A stretch of DNA of 64,000 nt from the human T2T-CHM13v2.0 reference genome, Homo sapiens. The notes under the pieces were generated by a model that was not told where the DNA came from, did not search any database, and was given only the letters and a program-made list of their open reading frames with translations. Both the position numbers and the translations under genes were made by a program. Positions 15,682 to 29,646 of this stretch are shown here, piece by piece; position 1 is the stretch's first letter, and each line of letters starts with the position of its first letter. The stretch lies in assembly GCF_009914755.1 (NCBI RefSeq), contig NC_060926.1, one strand, 5' to 3'.

Positions 15682-16805
15682 TATATCTGGTTTCTTCTAA
15701 TTGTAGAGTTGACCCATAAGGAAATGCCTTTTGAGGTCTGGGTGAAGACACTGGATGTCAAAAGGAAACTTACCCATATTAAAAAATCAGTTTTGACTAT
15801 TTAAAAATATTAATTGTTAAAAAAAGCATAGGCAAAGTGTTCCAGTGCTATTATTTTTTCATGGTGAGACAATATAAGAATATTGATTAAACTCACATCT
15901 GTATGATGCTTTATACTTCAAAAGCACTTTCATACATGTAAATAGGATCATCTTTAACAGGGTAATTTGTATTCTAAGTGGGCTGTGGCTGTACCTTTGC
16001 AGAAGCCAATGAACAAGGTCTACTCCATAGCAGAATTCTTGGCAATCAGGTAATCACCTGCTTCCTTGCACATCTCCCTAATTGACTTTGGGCTTTCTAA
16101 AGGTGGGAAATGTGTCTTCAACATTGCATGCCCAGTGTTTAGCACAATGCCTGGTCTTTAGGAGGAGGTCACTCTATTTGTTGAACAAGCAGATGAATGA
16201 AAGAGTTCTTAAAGGGCACACATCTTAAAAAGGCGTATGTGTACCAGGCATAACTGGAAAATAGTCCATGGCTTTAAATAAAGATGTTTTTATTGAACAA
16301 TTTCTTCGAGAAATGTTCAAGACAAAATGCAAGTAATTATAAATGCCTTGACCCCAAACTGCTACAAAGTGTCATATGATGTTGAAAGCATGTAAAGCAG
16401 CTCCTGTCATTCCTGTAGACTTTGTAGGGGTAGTGAGGTCTGACTCCACTCCCACATGACTTCCAGCCTGCTATGTTTTTTTTCTGTTGCTGTCTTTGTG
16501 GAGTTTTGTCTGATTCAAGGTCAGGAGTTAGTGGCTACAATTGACAGACTGACACATCAGAGAAATAAGGCTTCTGAAGCTTTCAGGCGAATCCTCATGG
16601 GGCTAAAGCTGAAGCAACATTTGCAACTTCAATTTCAAGTAGAAAAATGTCTCTAAGGTTCAGGAAAAGATTTTTTCTTTTTCACCATAGTGTGAAAACT
16701 AGTACAAAGACACATTTTCACTGTAAAATTTTTCCCCTGACAAATTTCCGAATCTAGAGTGAGCAGAAAATGAGTGGTGGGAGGCAGGTAAAAATTGTCA
16801 TCATC

Positions 16806-17099
<294 letters not shown>

Positions 17100-18217
17100 T
17101 GTATTGCGGCCTTGCTCATAACCTGTGACTTTCTTTCATCCCTCCTCCTTGGGCTGTGGGATGGGAAAATTCAGACTCAGCAACCTACTTACTGGGAGGC
17201 TGTAAGGACCGCGCTTGGTAAACAGATGGCCTTTGGTGAGTGCTAGCTATGTTGAGGATGGTAATGATCATGACGCTGGTGGTGATGACAACAATGATGA
17301 AAAAACTCTGTATCTATAAAGCAATTTGAGTTCTGGCTTTTATGCAGCTTAACTCAGTTTTCAGTGCTCGAAAATACATACTTTCAGCTTCTCTTGCCTG
17401 GGCAACGGAGTTTTTCTTATTATAAAAGGTCTGTTGAAGCTCATTACAATATTTTGGCAAGTGATCAATTGGTGATTGGAACCTTTTTCTAAAGAGCTTG
17501 GAAATGTAAACCTGTTTTGTAAAATGAATAAGAAGGAGATGGAGGAGCAGAATAAAGCATTTACTCTGCTGTCCACTGGGGTTTCTGTAAAGAGTTTTGA
17601 AGCCAGACAAATGGCAGCTCTGAAAATGTTTGGAATGCATGCTTACCTTATACCCAGGGAAACTATCAAAGCAAAGCCCACTGAGCTACAGACACTATCT
17701 GAAGGAAGGCTTCAATTTCAGCTCTGTCTATGATATAAATGATTTACAAACAGGGACACAGAGTTATGAAAACCAGGGTCAGTTTCTCTTTTGCTTTAGC
17801 CCCAAGGTTATAAGCTGACTGCATTTCAAGGCAATGGGAAATGTGATCTCTGCACTTCCCTTGCTAGTTTGATTTTTAAAATGTCATTTTGCAATGCAGT
17901 AAACACCTTCTTCTGCTCTGGTCAAGAAAGAACACACACTAGTTAAACAAGGACTGCATGGATTATGAAACTTTAAGGCAATACATTATGGTAAAAATGT
18001 ACTTCAATAAACTGACAACTAAAAGCATTGACTCCTCCTCAGATGCTTTTGCAGGTACTTCAGAATCTTGCAATGTCCCTGGATCATCACTGTGTTGTCA
18101 AATATTAGGGCCCCTGGTATTTTATTAGACTCATTCAAAGTTCACAAAGAGAAGAATGTATTTGAGGAGGAATCTAGTATACAAAAGACAGGCCAGAAAA
18201 TGTCAATACTAGGCTAA

Positions 18218-18280
18218 ATGCTAAGAGAAGAGAAGCTACATGAATGAATTTCTCTGCATTCATGTAGCTTCTCTTAGCAT
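18218..18280. repeat. Inverted repeat / hairpin, 24-bp stem
   Basis: atgctaagagaa[gagaa]gctacatgaatg - aatttctctg - cattcatgtagcttctcttagcat. Confidence 0.92.
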
Positions 18281-18688
18281 ATAAATCTGAACTCAATTAT
18301 GACATTTAATTATACAGTATAGATATGTGGCCTAGATCAGCGACTTTCCTATAGGTGGAGAGCTATATCATGTCCCAAAGTGGAGATGATGGTTTTCCAT
18401 ACTACGCCTGCACCTTCCCTCCTCCCCCAAACTCCTTTTTTATTAAGATCCTGAGATGCAAGTACACCCATATAGGCATGACTGCAAATTATGGAATCTA
18501 TGGCCTTTGGTGGATAGAATAAAATTCTTCCAGGTCTTTTACTTAATTAATTCCAGGGGCATCTGATATTTTAAGTTATGTAATGGGTATTCACTTGCTT
18601 TCATGTTAAATACCAGGGCCTAAGGACTTCATTGATTATAGTCGATGTTTGCTCACTGCTGCTGTTTCATTACTATGGAAATCAATAC

Positions 18689-18724
18689 CTCAGGGACACT
18701 TTGGAGGACACTTTGTATAGGCTG
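18689..18724 (-). CDS. DOCK10: Candidate alternative 36-nt exon of DOCK10 (QPIQSVLQSVPE)
   Basis: atatag|CAG CCT ATA CAA AGT GTC CTC CAA AGT GTC CCT GAG|gtattg; stop-free, phase 0-0; TAGCAG tandem acceptor; weak pyrimidine tract. Confidence 0.6.
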
Positions 18725-19380
18725 CTATATGTCAAATTTCCATATTGATGCTGATGCCGGGTGTTGCATTAGACAATTCATGTTGTGCAAGACTTGCATT
18801 TTTTTAAAGTTCCTGCTATGAACGATCAGTTTTAAACTTGTTTTCTAGTGTCTGGCTCATTACAGACACAATTAGTATTAAATACCCCAGCCAAAACTAT
18901 AAAATGAGAGCAGTGGTCTGCGTGGGACACTAAAAAATTGTACCCAAAGGCCTTTGTGCAGGCAAAGAGCCTATTGCATATCATATTTCCATAATCTTTT
19001 TAACATCATTGCAAGACACGTCAACTTGGATATTAAAAGGTAAGTTTTACAGGGACATAAAGCACCATTATGAATAAGAAATCATTTCTGACCATGGAGA
19101 TTATGCTAATCAAGTAGTCAAGATTTTATCTTAAATCTTCGGAACCTTCATTCTGTACACGTTCGGGGGAATGCTCAAGTCTACTTGGTATTTATTTATC
19201 ATGGAATGTGAAGTGATATGTGCTGTCTGCTCCTGTTGAATCCCATAGTTCTCACTCTCCATGTGGTGTCTTGAGACAGGCATTTGAATCTCATCTGAGC
19301 AATGATGAATGAGGCTCTAATTTGCTGCTTATCAGGATGACCTCCATTGGTTCTCCTTGTTCAAAGGTGGCTGAGTTTGA

Positions 19381-19760
<380 letters not shown>

Positions 19761-20923
19761 TTGGAATTTTTTTATAAAGACAAGTGAGAGTACTGCAGCA
19801 TTAAAAAAAAAATCAGGTGTAAAATCAGCACACTTTACTGAGGAGTCTGAAAGAAGAATAAAGTTAGGTCATTTGCAAGGGCTCCCCCCAATACTTCCCC
19901 ACTGCCCCCCCTCAGTCTATTTAGTACAGGGGTTTTCAAGTATTCTTTTAGTAGGTGAGTTAAGGGCCCATAATCCCAAATTTATAAATGAACATAGAAA
20001 ATGCTGGTATGGTATGAATGTGGGAAGGAATTTAAAGAATTACAAAAAAGTATGTACTGGTCAGACAAGTAGGGCTGAATATGGACAATGTGTAGATATT
20101 AAATGCTTTCTCTTTCCAGCTTAACTGACAATAATTAGGTTGAACCATATAAAGTTGCCATTTTTGTACATAAAAAAGTGGTTGAATATAGGCAATTTCA
20201 TATGACTCAAAATAATATGAAGAAAATCCTTTGTCATAGAGCTCTGGGTACTGGCAGGTTATTTTGGACATGGCTTGTTCTCCAAATTTCTTACCTTGCT
20301 CCTTTCTCCATCTCTGGAGACTTACCCAGACATATTGGGTAAAGATTTATTCCCTGGTTCATCTTTTATGTTTGGAATTAGTCCCATCACCTCTGAGAAT
20401 GCTTAGAGCTCACCACCATAGACCCCCATCACTCTAAGACACTCCTTCAGAAAAAACACAGTTTTTTCAATATCTTGGGAGGTGCTTACCAATAACCATC
20501 ACTCCAACTTCCAAAATTCTGACCATTCTGGTCTCCTTAATAAGCTGCAACTCATAGTGGCCTGAAATAAGTAGACGATCTACAATACCAAGTCTATGCT
20601 ACATATATTTAAGATACGTGGTACCCATACTTATCTCTGTGTGTGTTTGTGTATGTAAGGCTTTCAGACTACATCTACCTTTAGGCAGAAAGCATGTATG
20701 AAAAACAAAGGATACATTTTTGTAATTCAGATAACTGGCATAAACACAACTTAGTTAAAGAAATGCAGGATGACTCCAAAAATGAATGAAAGCAGGATTA
20801 TCTCTCCCTTTGTACCAAATGGTGATTTGCACAAAAAGGTTAAGGTTCAGTAAAACCATACAGAGGGAAGTGTGAGGGGTGTTAGAGCATGCAAATGGAG
20901 AGCGAGAGTGAGTGAGAACTTAC

Positions 20924-20929
20924 CACAGC
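20924..20929 (-). CDS. DOCK10: Candidate alternative 6-nt microexon of DOCK10 (Ala-Val)
   Basis: ctcttttcttcttttggtcttgattgttccag|GCTGTG|gtaagt; phase 0-0 in the intron between ...FYGQ and GFFE...; TGCATG ~30 nt downstream (20888-20893). Confidence 0.75.
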
Positions 20930-21677
20930 CTGGAACAATCAAGACCAAAAGAAGAAAAGAGTAAACATCTGCATTAAAAACTATTTGAAAAGCAGCGTGA
21001 TTCACTTCTACCTGCTTTAGAGCCCATATCTCATATATTGGTTGCAGAAACCATCTGGTAGGCAATCCTGTTTTCATGATCAGGTTATTAACGGGGTTTT
21101 TTACTTTTTCATTGGAAGGAATGCCTGAGGCTTTATAGAGTCATGTCTTGGTGACCCAGAAGCACATCTTTTGTGCTACTTCTGTGCTGCTCAGTTAGCC
21201 TGTGGCCATCTCCCTTGAAACTCTGTTTTTCCCTTTCAATTCTTCTGCTCCCACATCCCCTTCCCGACTCATATAGCATTTTCTGCCATTTTTCTTGCTG
21301 TCTCACCAATGTCACAAATTGTATATTTTCTTCATGGCTTCCAAAATGGCTCCAAAATGCCATTTTCTCTTCTCTCTCTTCCTCTTCTGAAGGTTCTCAC
21401 ACTTCTCTCTCTCCCAATGTGTGTTCTCACTTCAGATAGTTCAGATTCTTTTCCATGGACCCCAAAAATGTCTAAATTTGCTTTTTTTTTTTGGTATAGA
21501 TTGTTTATGCAGATCCCCATTTTTCAGACCATTCGTTTCTCTGTCTCCACTATCCTGATATTCCTGTGTCCTGAGAAAAATCCCGGCTGGATTAATTTGT
21601 TTATAATAAATGGCTACTTGGTGATACTTATCTTTTCCAGGTAGAAAGTATCTGCCTTTATTAATTCAAAGGTTAGC

Positions 21678-21969
21678 TTTTTCTTTCTTTGATGGAGTCT
21701 CACTCTGTCACCCAGTCTAGAGTGCAGTGGCGCGATCTCGGCTCACTGCAAGCTCTGCCTCCTGGGTTCACGCCATTCTCCTGCCTCAGTCTCCTGAGTA
21801 GCTGGGACTACAGACGCCTGCCACCACACCCGGCTAATTTTTTGTATTTTTAGTAGAGATGGGGTTTCACCATGTTAGCCAGGATGGTCTCGATCTCCTG
21901 ACCTCGTGATCCGCCCGCCTCAGCCTCTCAAAGTACTGGATTACAGGCGTGAGCCATGGCGCCCAGCCC
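21678..21969 (-). mobile_element. Alu (AluY-like)
   Basis: Reverse Alu; TSD aggttag(c/t)tttt. Confidence 0.93.
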
Positions 21970-22104
21970 AGAGGTTAGTTTTTAAGCTGCCTTTGGTGAG
22001 CAGAGGAAAATATGTATTTTTCAAACGACTTCAATGGGGATTGACCTAGAATGAACATGCTGGAGTTGACTCCTTCAGCTGCAACCTTAAGAACAAGAAG
22101 CTGA

Positions 22105-22387
22105 GGCCGGGTGTGGTGGCTCACGCCTGTAATCCCAGCATTTTGGAAGACTAAGGTGGGTGGATCATGAGGTCAGGAGTTCAAGACCAGCCTGGCCAAC
22201 ATAATGAAACCCTGTCTCTACTAAAAAATACAAAAATTAGCTGGGCATGGTGGCACCTGCCTGTAATCCCAGCTACTCGGGAGGCTGAGGCAGGAGAATT
22301 GCTTGAACCGGGACCCAGGAGGCGGAGGTTGCAGTGAGCCGAGATCACGCCACTGCACTGCACTCCAGCCTGGGCTACTGAGCGAGA
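22105..22387 (+). mobile_element. Alu (AluS-like, tail lost)
   Basis: Forward Alu, head-to-head with the preceding element. Confidence 0.92.
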
Positions 22388-23211
22388 TGATGGGCTGGGG
22401 GCAGAGGAAGTGTGAGGTCTGAGAGCCACTGCCATTCCGAAAATAAAAGCATGGGATGTCTATCCACACAAGCAACAGTCTAAAATACGTCTGCTGAAAT
22501 ATAATAGCGTTATAAGCCTTCCTGAAAAGAAAATGAATGGTGCCTGGGTTTAGCCCATTGAAAATGTTGCTCAGAGACATTCATAATTAATATATAGTAT
22601 GTTCACTTTCAGGCCAACACTGTGGCTAAGTAATATTTTCCATCTTCTTCATTGCTTATGCAGCAAACTGGGAAAAACAACTTTGAAATTACATTGACTT
22701 GCAATATAGGAAACAAAATAACCATCTGGTATTTTGTCTAGAAACAGTGGTAGTTCGAAAATAGGAGAAAAGAAATTGTGTGATAGTAAAATCAAAGGTT
22801 TGATATGGTGGAGCCCCTAGGAATTCTCTTATTTCCTAGAATATTAGGAATGTTATTTCTTAAAACATATTCAATTTAATTTCACTTTAATATATGGCGT
22901 AAACTTATAATTAGATATTTTAGGGTGAGCTGGAAAGAAGAGAGTGTTGAAAAATAAATGCCCTCTTTCTTCAAGAAGTTAGAAATCACTGTTAACTCAA
23001 CCCATGGATTTCTTTGCTCACTTGTTTCCCAACTTTGTACATTCCTATGGATAAACATATAGACCATCACATCCAGAGAAACACTCAAGTATAGTCAGAC
23101 ACACCCACACCTCTCCATTCACTGGTACACACAGATGTCTCATAAAGAATGAAAGACAACATTCAACTGCTCAGCAGAATTTATGGGCCGTGTTATTTCT
23201 GGTGAACTTAC

Positions 23212-23325
23212 CTGCCCATAAAATGCCACACGATAGTAGCGACCAAACAGCCGCTTCTCCGAATTCACCACCTCTGCCACTTTCAGATATGACCGATGAA
23301 TGTCGTAGTAGAGATCTGACAATTT
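23212..23325 (-). CDS. DOCK10: DOCK10 coding exon (~50)
   Basis: ttcag|AAA...CAG|gtaagt; 114 nt; KLSDLYYDIHRSYLKVAEVVNSEKRLFGRYYRVAFYGQ. Confidence 0.97.
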
Positions 23326-23464
23326 CTGAAACCATAAGTGAAAGAGTTTCATGAAGATGATGCTGTCATACAAATAAGGGAGTTTTTAATTTTGAAAACT
23401 GTAAGTAATTTTCCAATTCAACATAGGATATTTTAATTAACTTCTAGGGGGTTGGAATACATAC

Positions 23465-23587
23465 TTTGAAGTCTCGTTGTTTCTCAAAGACAGCAATGAT
23501 GGGCTTGTTGACATCAGCAATGAGTTCATATCGCTCAGACTTCCAGAGAAACTCCACACACATGTATAGCTGCTCCACCAGGATATT
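23465..23587 (-). CDS. DOCK10: DOCK10 coding exon (~49)
   Basis: ttgcag|AAT...AAA|gtatgt; 123 nt; NILVEQLYMCVEFLWKSERYELIADVNKPIIAVFEKQRDFK. Confidence 0.95.
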
Positions 23588-23689
23588 CTGCAATTCCCCC
23601 AATCAAAATAAGATTTTACATGATTAGGGTTGTGGCTCATGCCTGAAACTTGGTTTCCAAGCTGTTGCATTGTCAAACTTTTCCCTCTG

Positions 23690-24130
23690 TTACTGGCATT
23701 TAAAACCCAGCAGGGGATCGTGGTGTCATCTTGGATTCTTGCCTATCCCGCACTGCCGTTACCTAATTCGTGCCCCAAAAGTGCTAATTTAAATCTGTGA
23801 AATGCCTTCAGATCTGTCTCCTTCTTCCCATTCCCACTGCTACTGACTTCGTACTCCCTGACCCCTGCTATAGTTTTGAGCGAGTCTGTTTTCCCTCTCC
23901 AATTGCTGCTCTCCTGTAATCTTTCTTTGTAAAACATAAATCTGATCATGAGATCTCCAGTGCCTTAAACCTTTGTGGGAACTCCAGTATGTAAACTGCT
24001 GTCCAAACTCTAGCATGGCCTTCAAGAAGCTCCACAATCAGGCACCAACCTCCCTCTCAGTGACCCCTTCTTTCAATGCTCTGTCACTGACTTTGCACCT
24101 TGGCCATACCATATACCACTCCATTATTAG
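23690..24130. mobile_element. L2 fragment
   Basis: Pyrimidine-rich degenerate L2-like text (gtcatcttggattctt...aaatctgatcatg...tccaaactctagcatggccttcaag). Confidence 0.5.
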
Positions 24131-25253
24131 AATACCCTCTGACCTCCATACTTTTATCTGTGTTATAGATGCAACTATAAGAACCTTATTTCACACCTTC
24201 AAGTCCTATCAAGACTCAGCACAAAAAAAAATGAAGAGCTTTTATTTACATTCCATTCATCACCATTTCAACACTTCCATGTAAAAAAAAAAGTTCCCCT
24301 TCTGATTGCAACTGTATATGATACCTAGATTTGGCCACTGGGCATCTGTTTTTGCCTGGCCATTCCCCACCCTGTAGGAACTCTGTCTTTCTCAAGATCC
24401 TAAATTCTTTGAGAGCAGGAATTATGCCTTATTTTTTTTCCCAGCCCTTACCTCAATTCCTTTCATATACTAGTGGTTTAATAAATTTTCAACTGAATAA
24501 AGTTATATAAGCTTTAAAGCAAATGTATGATATTATTGGAATGTTTTCAACAATTTGTTTTAAGAAAAGGTTCTTAAACATTATTTAAAGTAGTTAACAT
24601 AAATATGTAATTATATTTACTTTGTTTATTTGCAATATATGCTAAATTGGTGTAGAACCATTTGTAAAATTGTATTAAAATTCATCTGAAAATTTACTTT
24701 CTGTATAATTTTTTCCATTTATGTAATACTGACCTAAAAATCAGCTTATAAAATATTTTACTTAATGAGAGGAGTTCTATTTTCTTCACCAGAACTATTG
24801 CTAAGTAATTCTCAGTAGAAAGTTTCTTTTTTTAATTAATGAAAAATAACTCTGGTTATTTTCCATAACAGAAGGTTTTCTAAAGAAACTAGTGAACTTT
24901 TACGTCCACCTGCATTTGTAAATAAACTTGCTAATGCTTTTAGAAAGAAAGCTATGATCAGTTCGCAAAATTTAGCATCCCTTATCACCTTTACCAAAAA
25001 GCCAAGATTTTATCTGATAGAAGAGCTGATAATATACATTTGAGTCCATCTTAGAGAAGTAAGACTTAGTTTAAATTTTCGCTGAAATCTGGTATCTACT
25101 AATCTTGGCTTAATTTTAGCCTGCATTTCATTTTGTCTAATTAAGTTATATTATAAAATAGCTGTAAGCTTGTTTCCCCCTTATTTAGCTTAATGTCACA
25201 AGCCAATGCATCTCTTTCCTTCGTTACTGTACATGAGATAATTTTGGTCTAAC

Positions 25254-25360
25254 CTCATTGTATGGTGTATCTTGCATTCCAGAATCCTCTTTCATCGCTC
25301 CTTCTTCCTTAATGTTTGGTGTAATGCTCAAAAAAGCTGGCCATCCCATAGAGAACATGC
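25254..25360 (-). CDS. DOCK10: DOCK10 coding exon (~48)
   Basis: ccaag|GC ATG...GAG|gttag; 107 nt; (S)[35 protein letters not shown]. Confidence 0.95.
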
Positions 25361-25770
25361 CTTGGGAGGACCAAGCAGAATAAAACATTATTATTTGAGA
25401 CAAATTTTGCTTAGATTAGATAATGCCTTTCTTCATGATGTTACCAAGTGGTAGTATTACAAAGCTCACACAATCAACAAGATGGTTAGATTATGACTAT
25501 TGATAAATGCGCTCTGCCAGGCAAACAATATTCCCCTTTTTATAATTTTTGTATCATTTTCAGGTGGCATTTTTTATAAAGAAATAGCATGGGATTATGG
25601 ATAGAACATAAGATTCGTGGGTAGATGTTGCGGTTCCAATCTTCTGGTTTAATCTCGGAGACTGTGTCCCTCTCTTGTTAAACTGGGGACATTAATATCT
25701 CTCTCAAAGGATGTTGAAAGGATTCAAAACATTAATATTTGAGAAAATACCCAGTACACTCAGCACATTA

Positions 25771-26268
<498 letters not shown>

Positions 26269-27078
26269 AATACTTGCTATATTTCACTCTTTTACATTAT
26301 GTAGAAACCTTTTCAAATTTTCTTAGTATCTTAGGCACCAAGATTTTAAAAGGTCTGTCTCTACAGATACATGTGAAAACAGTTGATAATGGGTAACATT
26401 CCCAGAGGAGAGATAGATCTGAATTGTGGGGAATGTGAGTGACTAGGAGCACTAGCCGGAGTGACAGACCAGCCCCTGCACTTTGGCTCCAACACAAGCT
26501 AACCATGACATTTGGGGCAGATTGTTTAGCTTCTCTTGTTTTTCTCACCCATAAACAGGAGGTGATAATAGCACCTAACTCACAGATTTGTAACTGGCAA
26601 CTAACTGAGACATTGCTGGTACAGGGCTTAGTGTGGTGCCTTCTATGTAGCAAGTGCTTTTTAAGTTATAGCTAATACTTTTGTGGCATGTTTTTGTTTT
26701 TAATAATCAGCTCATTGGTTATGTAACTAAATGATCACTCCCCAAACATGCTAGAAATTATAAATATAATAATTATTGCAATCTAATCCTTGCTTCTAAA
26801 TAAATTTTATTTTTCTACTTTTTATAATAATATTAAACATATATTAAACTATATGATAGTTAATTGTAGGAGAAGTCACAACATACTTCTTGCAGGATGA
26901 TGATTACTTATTAGTACAACTGAAGCAGCTGTACTTTCTGGGGTCACCTATCTTCACCTATATTCATACAATTGTGAACATTGTAGGGAAGGGATAATTT
27001 ACTCCTTTGACTCAAAAATATCAAAATAGAAAAGTATATTAAGGGCTTCAAATACATGCCAATGACATTCCCATATAT

Positions 27079-27134
27079 GCTGATGATATATGCTAATTAG
27101 AATATGCTAATATATCATAGCATATATCATCAGC
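27079..27134. repeat. Inverted repeat, perfect 17-bp arms, 22-nt spacer
   Basis: gctgatgatatatgcta (27079-27095) / tagcatatatcatcagc (27118-27134). Confidence 0.9.
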
Positions 27135-27656
27135 TAATGTATCATCAGATATATGTTAATGTATCATAGATGATCACCTTCCTAATTTTAAAGTTTACTC
27201 AACAAATATATCCTTTTCTTGATGGACATACATTATATTCTCATATCACCTTAGGTCTAACATTGGGCATTTAAAGCATTTTGAATATTAAAGATTCACA
27301 CAACTTTTTGGTATCTAAGTTTCCACAAGTTCTCAAACTAACACCTGCCTTTATTGGTTTTCTTCAATTTTGTTCTTAGAATTTGAAAGTCTTTATGGAA
27401 CGTTACGGCATCTGGTTATGATAAGCAATAGATGAGGAGGAAGGGCATGTTAAATAAGGCAATGATGTGTTTGATGACATGCATATAAATATCAGGCTAC
27501 ATAGGAAGTGTGACACTAAGCAAGAAGATTCCTGAATTTTTGGGTGGACATGAGCCATGGGTGCCATAGGGTGCCACATCTGGCTTCTTCTCCAAGGTCC
27601 TTAAACAAGTGACCTCACTGTCTCTCAGTTTGCTTTGGTCATTTGGTTCAAAAGTC

Positions 27657-27962
27657 TTTTTTTTTTTTTTGAGATGGAGTCTTGCTCTGTTGTCCAGGCT
27701 AGAGTGCAGTGGCGTGATCTCAGCTCGCTGCAACCTCCACCTCCTGGGTTCAAGCAATTCTCTGCCTCAGCCTCCTGAGTAGCTGGGATTTATAGGCACC
27801 TGCCACCACGCCCGGCTAATTTTTTTTTTTTTTTTTGTATTTTTAGTAGAGACGGGGTTTCATCATCTTGGCCAGGCTGGTCTTGAACTCCTGACCTTGT
27901 GATCCACCTGCCTTGGTCTCCCAAAGTGCTGGGATTACAGGCGTGAGTCATGGCACCTGGCC
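27657..27962 (-). mobile_element. Alu (AluS-like)
   Basis: Reverse Alu; TSD gttcaaa(a/t)gtctt. Confidence 0.95.
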
Positions 27963-28446
27963 AGTTCAAATGTCTTATATGCAAAATCCAGTGAGACCTT
28001 TTAGAAAACATACAAATATTTAAATGAATAAGGGATGAATTATGTTTCTGAAATATAGCAAGTAAAGTCCATTTACATTTCGTTTAAGTCTTTTGATTTT
28101 CAACATCTAAAAATGTATTTCAACATCTAAAAATGTTGTTTGTACACGGAGTTTTCCACTGCATTTGGAAAGTTAAACCAGTGTTATCAAAGAGACTACA
28201 GTTCATAAAATTTGGATTCAAACAAATTTTTGCAATTGAATGTAGATTTAATGTGTAAACTATATCACTCACTTTTTTGTGCAAAGAGTAACTCTTTAGT
28301 CATTATTATAATTTCAAAAAATCAGACATTAATGATGGAATATTTCTAAAGGAAATCTGTACCATAAGCCATATGTTATAAATTGTCAGTTTATACTTTT
28401 TAAAAATGAAATGGAACATGCTGATTATAAAGTCCTACATATATAG

Positions 28447-28770
<324 letters not shown>

Positions 28771-29162
28771 CCTATCTTTTATTTGGAATAAACAGTTTTA
28801 TTACATTTAAAAATTAAAATAGATTCCTCTTGCAATTTCAAACAATTTACCAATTTCAGAATAAACATCCCTATGGCAGACTGGCATGCAGATTGGTAGC
28901 TAAATATGGCTGTAACTCATAAACTTGAATGTTGGAGAACATACAGTTCTATTTGCTGACAACTTTTCAGTTATTTAAATTTTATAAATTTTGGATGGGA
29001 TTTCTGAATGGCAGGAGTTTAAGTTTTTTGCAGAGTAAGTTGGGTAGATCTGAGACAGTTTTTGCTTCTAAGAATATATTTAAGAAGGTTTCACTGAAGT
29101 AGAATTTGAGCAGCAAGTGGATTTCCTCTGCATTGGGATAAATGAGCAGTTAGGTCACTCAC

Positions 29163-29261
29163 TTCCTCCACTGGGAGTTGTTAGTAATGAGTTGCTATCA
29201 CAGGGGTGGGTATCCTCCGAGAGCAGGGATGCTGTGCAAATCTTTTCCACTTTCCAGTAAC
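29163..29261 (-). CDS. DOCK10: DOCK10 coding exon (~47), 99 nt symmetric
   Basis: ccatag|GT TAC...GGA A|gtgagt; phase 1-1; (G)YWKVEKICTASLLSEDTHPCDSNSLLTTPSGG. Confidence 0.88.
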
Positions 29262-29588
29262 CTATGGTAGTGCAAGATGAGGTTAGGACATTGCTACATG
29301 TTTATGTTAATACAAGCTTTAGAGACTACAAATCGTTAGCCAATGATGCATTCTCGTTTTGAACTAAGAAGTTGACCATCCAGTTAGCCTTTGCTGTACA
29401 TAGAATAAATAAGTCAATGGCATGATAGACTTAAAATGTTTAAAGTACAGCATAATTAGAAGTATCTGTGAAAGCGATTATTACTTAAACATAACAGATT
29501 AATAAAATGTAAAATTAATACATTATTTCTATTAGGCTTCAATGTGTTGATATCTAGGCTTTTTGCCTCCCTCATGTGGTCATCTTAC

Positions 29589-29646
29589 CCTTTCTTTTCA
29601 GATACTCTGCAATGAGAGCAGCAATATGGATGTAACACATGGCAGC
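29589..29646 (-). CDS. DOCK10: DOCK10 coding exon (~46)
   Basis: acag|GCT...AAG G|gtaag; 58 nt; AAMCYIHIAALIAEYLKRK. Confidence 0.95.

Noticed and set aside
28098-28136. 20-bp tandem duplication tttcaacatctaaaaatgt(a)
   Set aside because: A simple slippage duplication with no functional sign.
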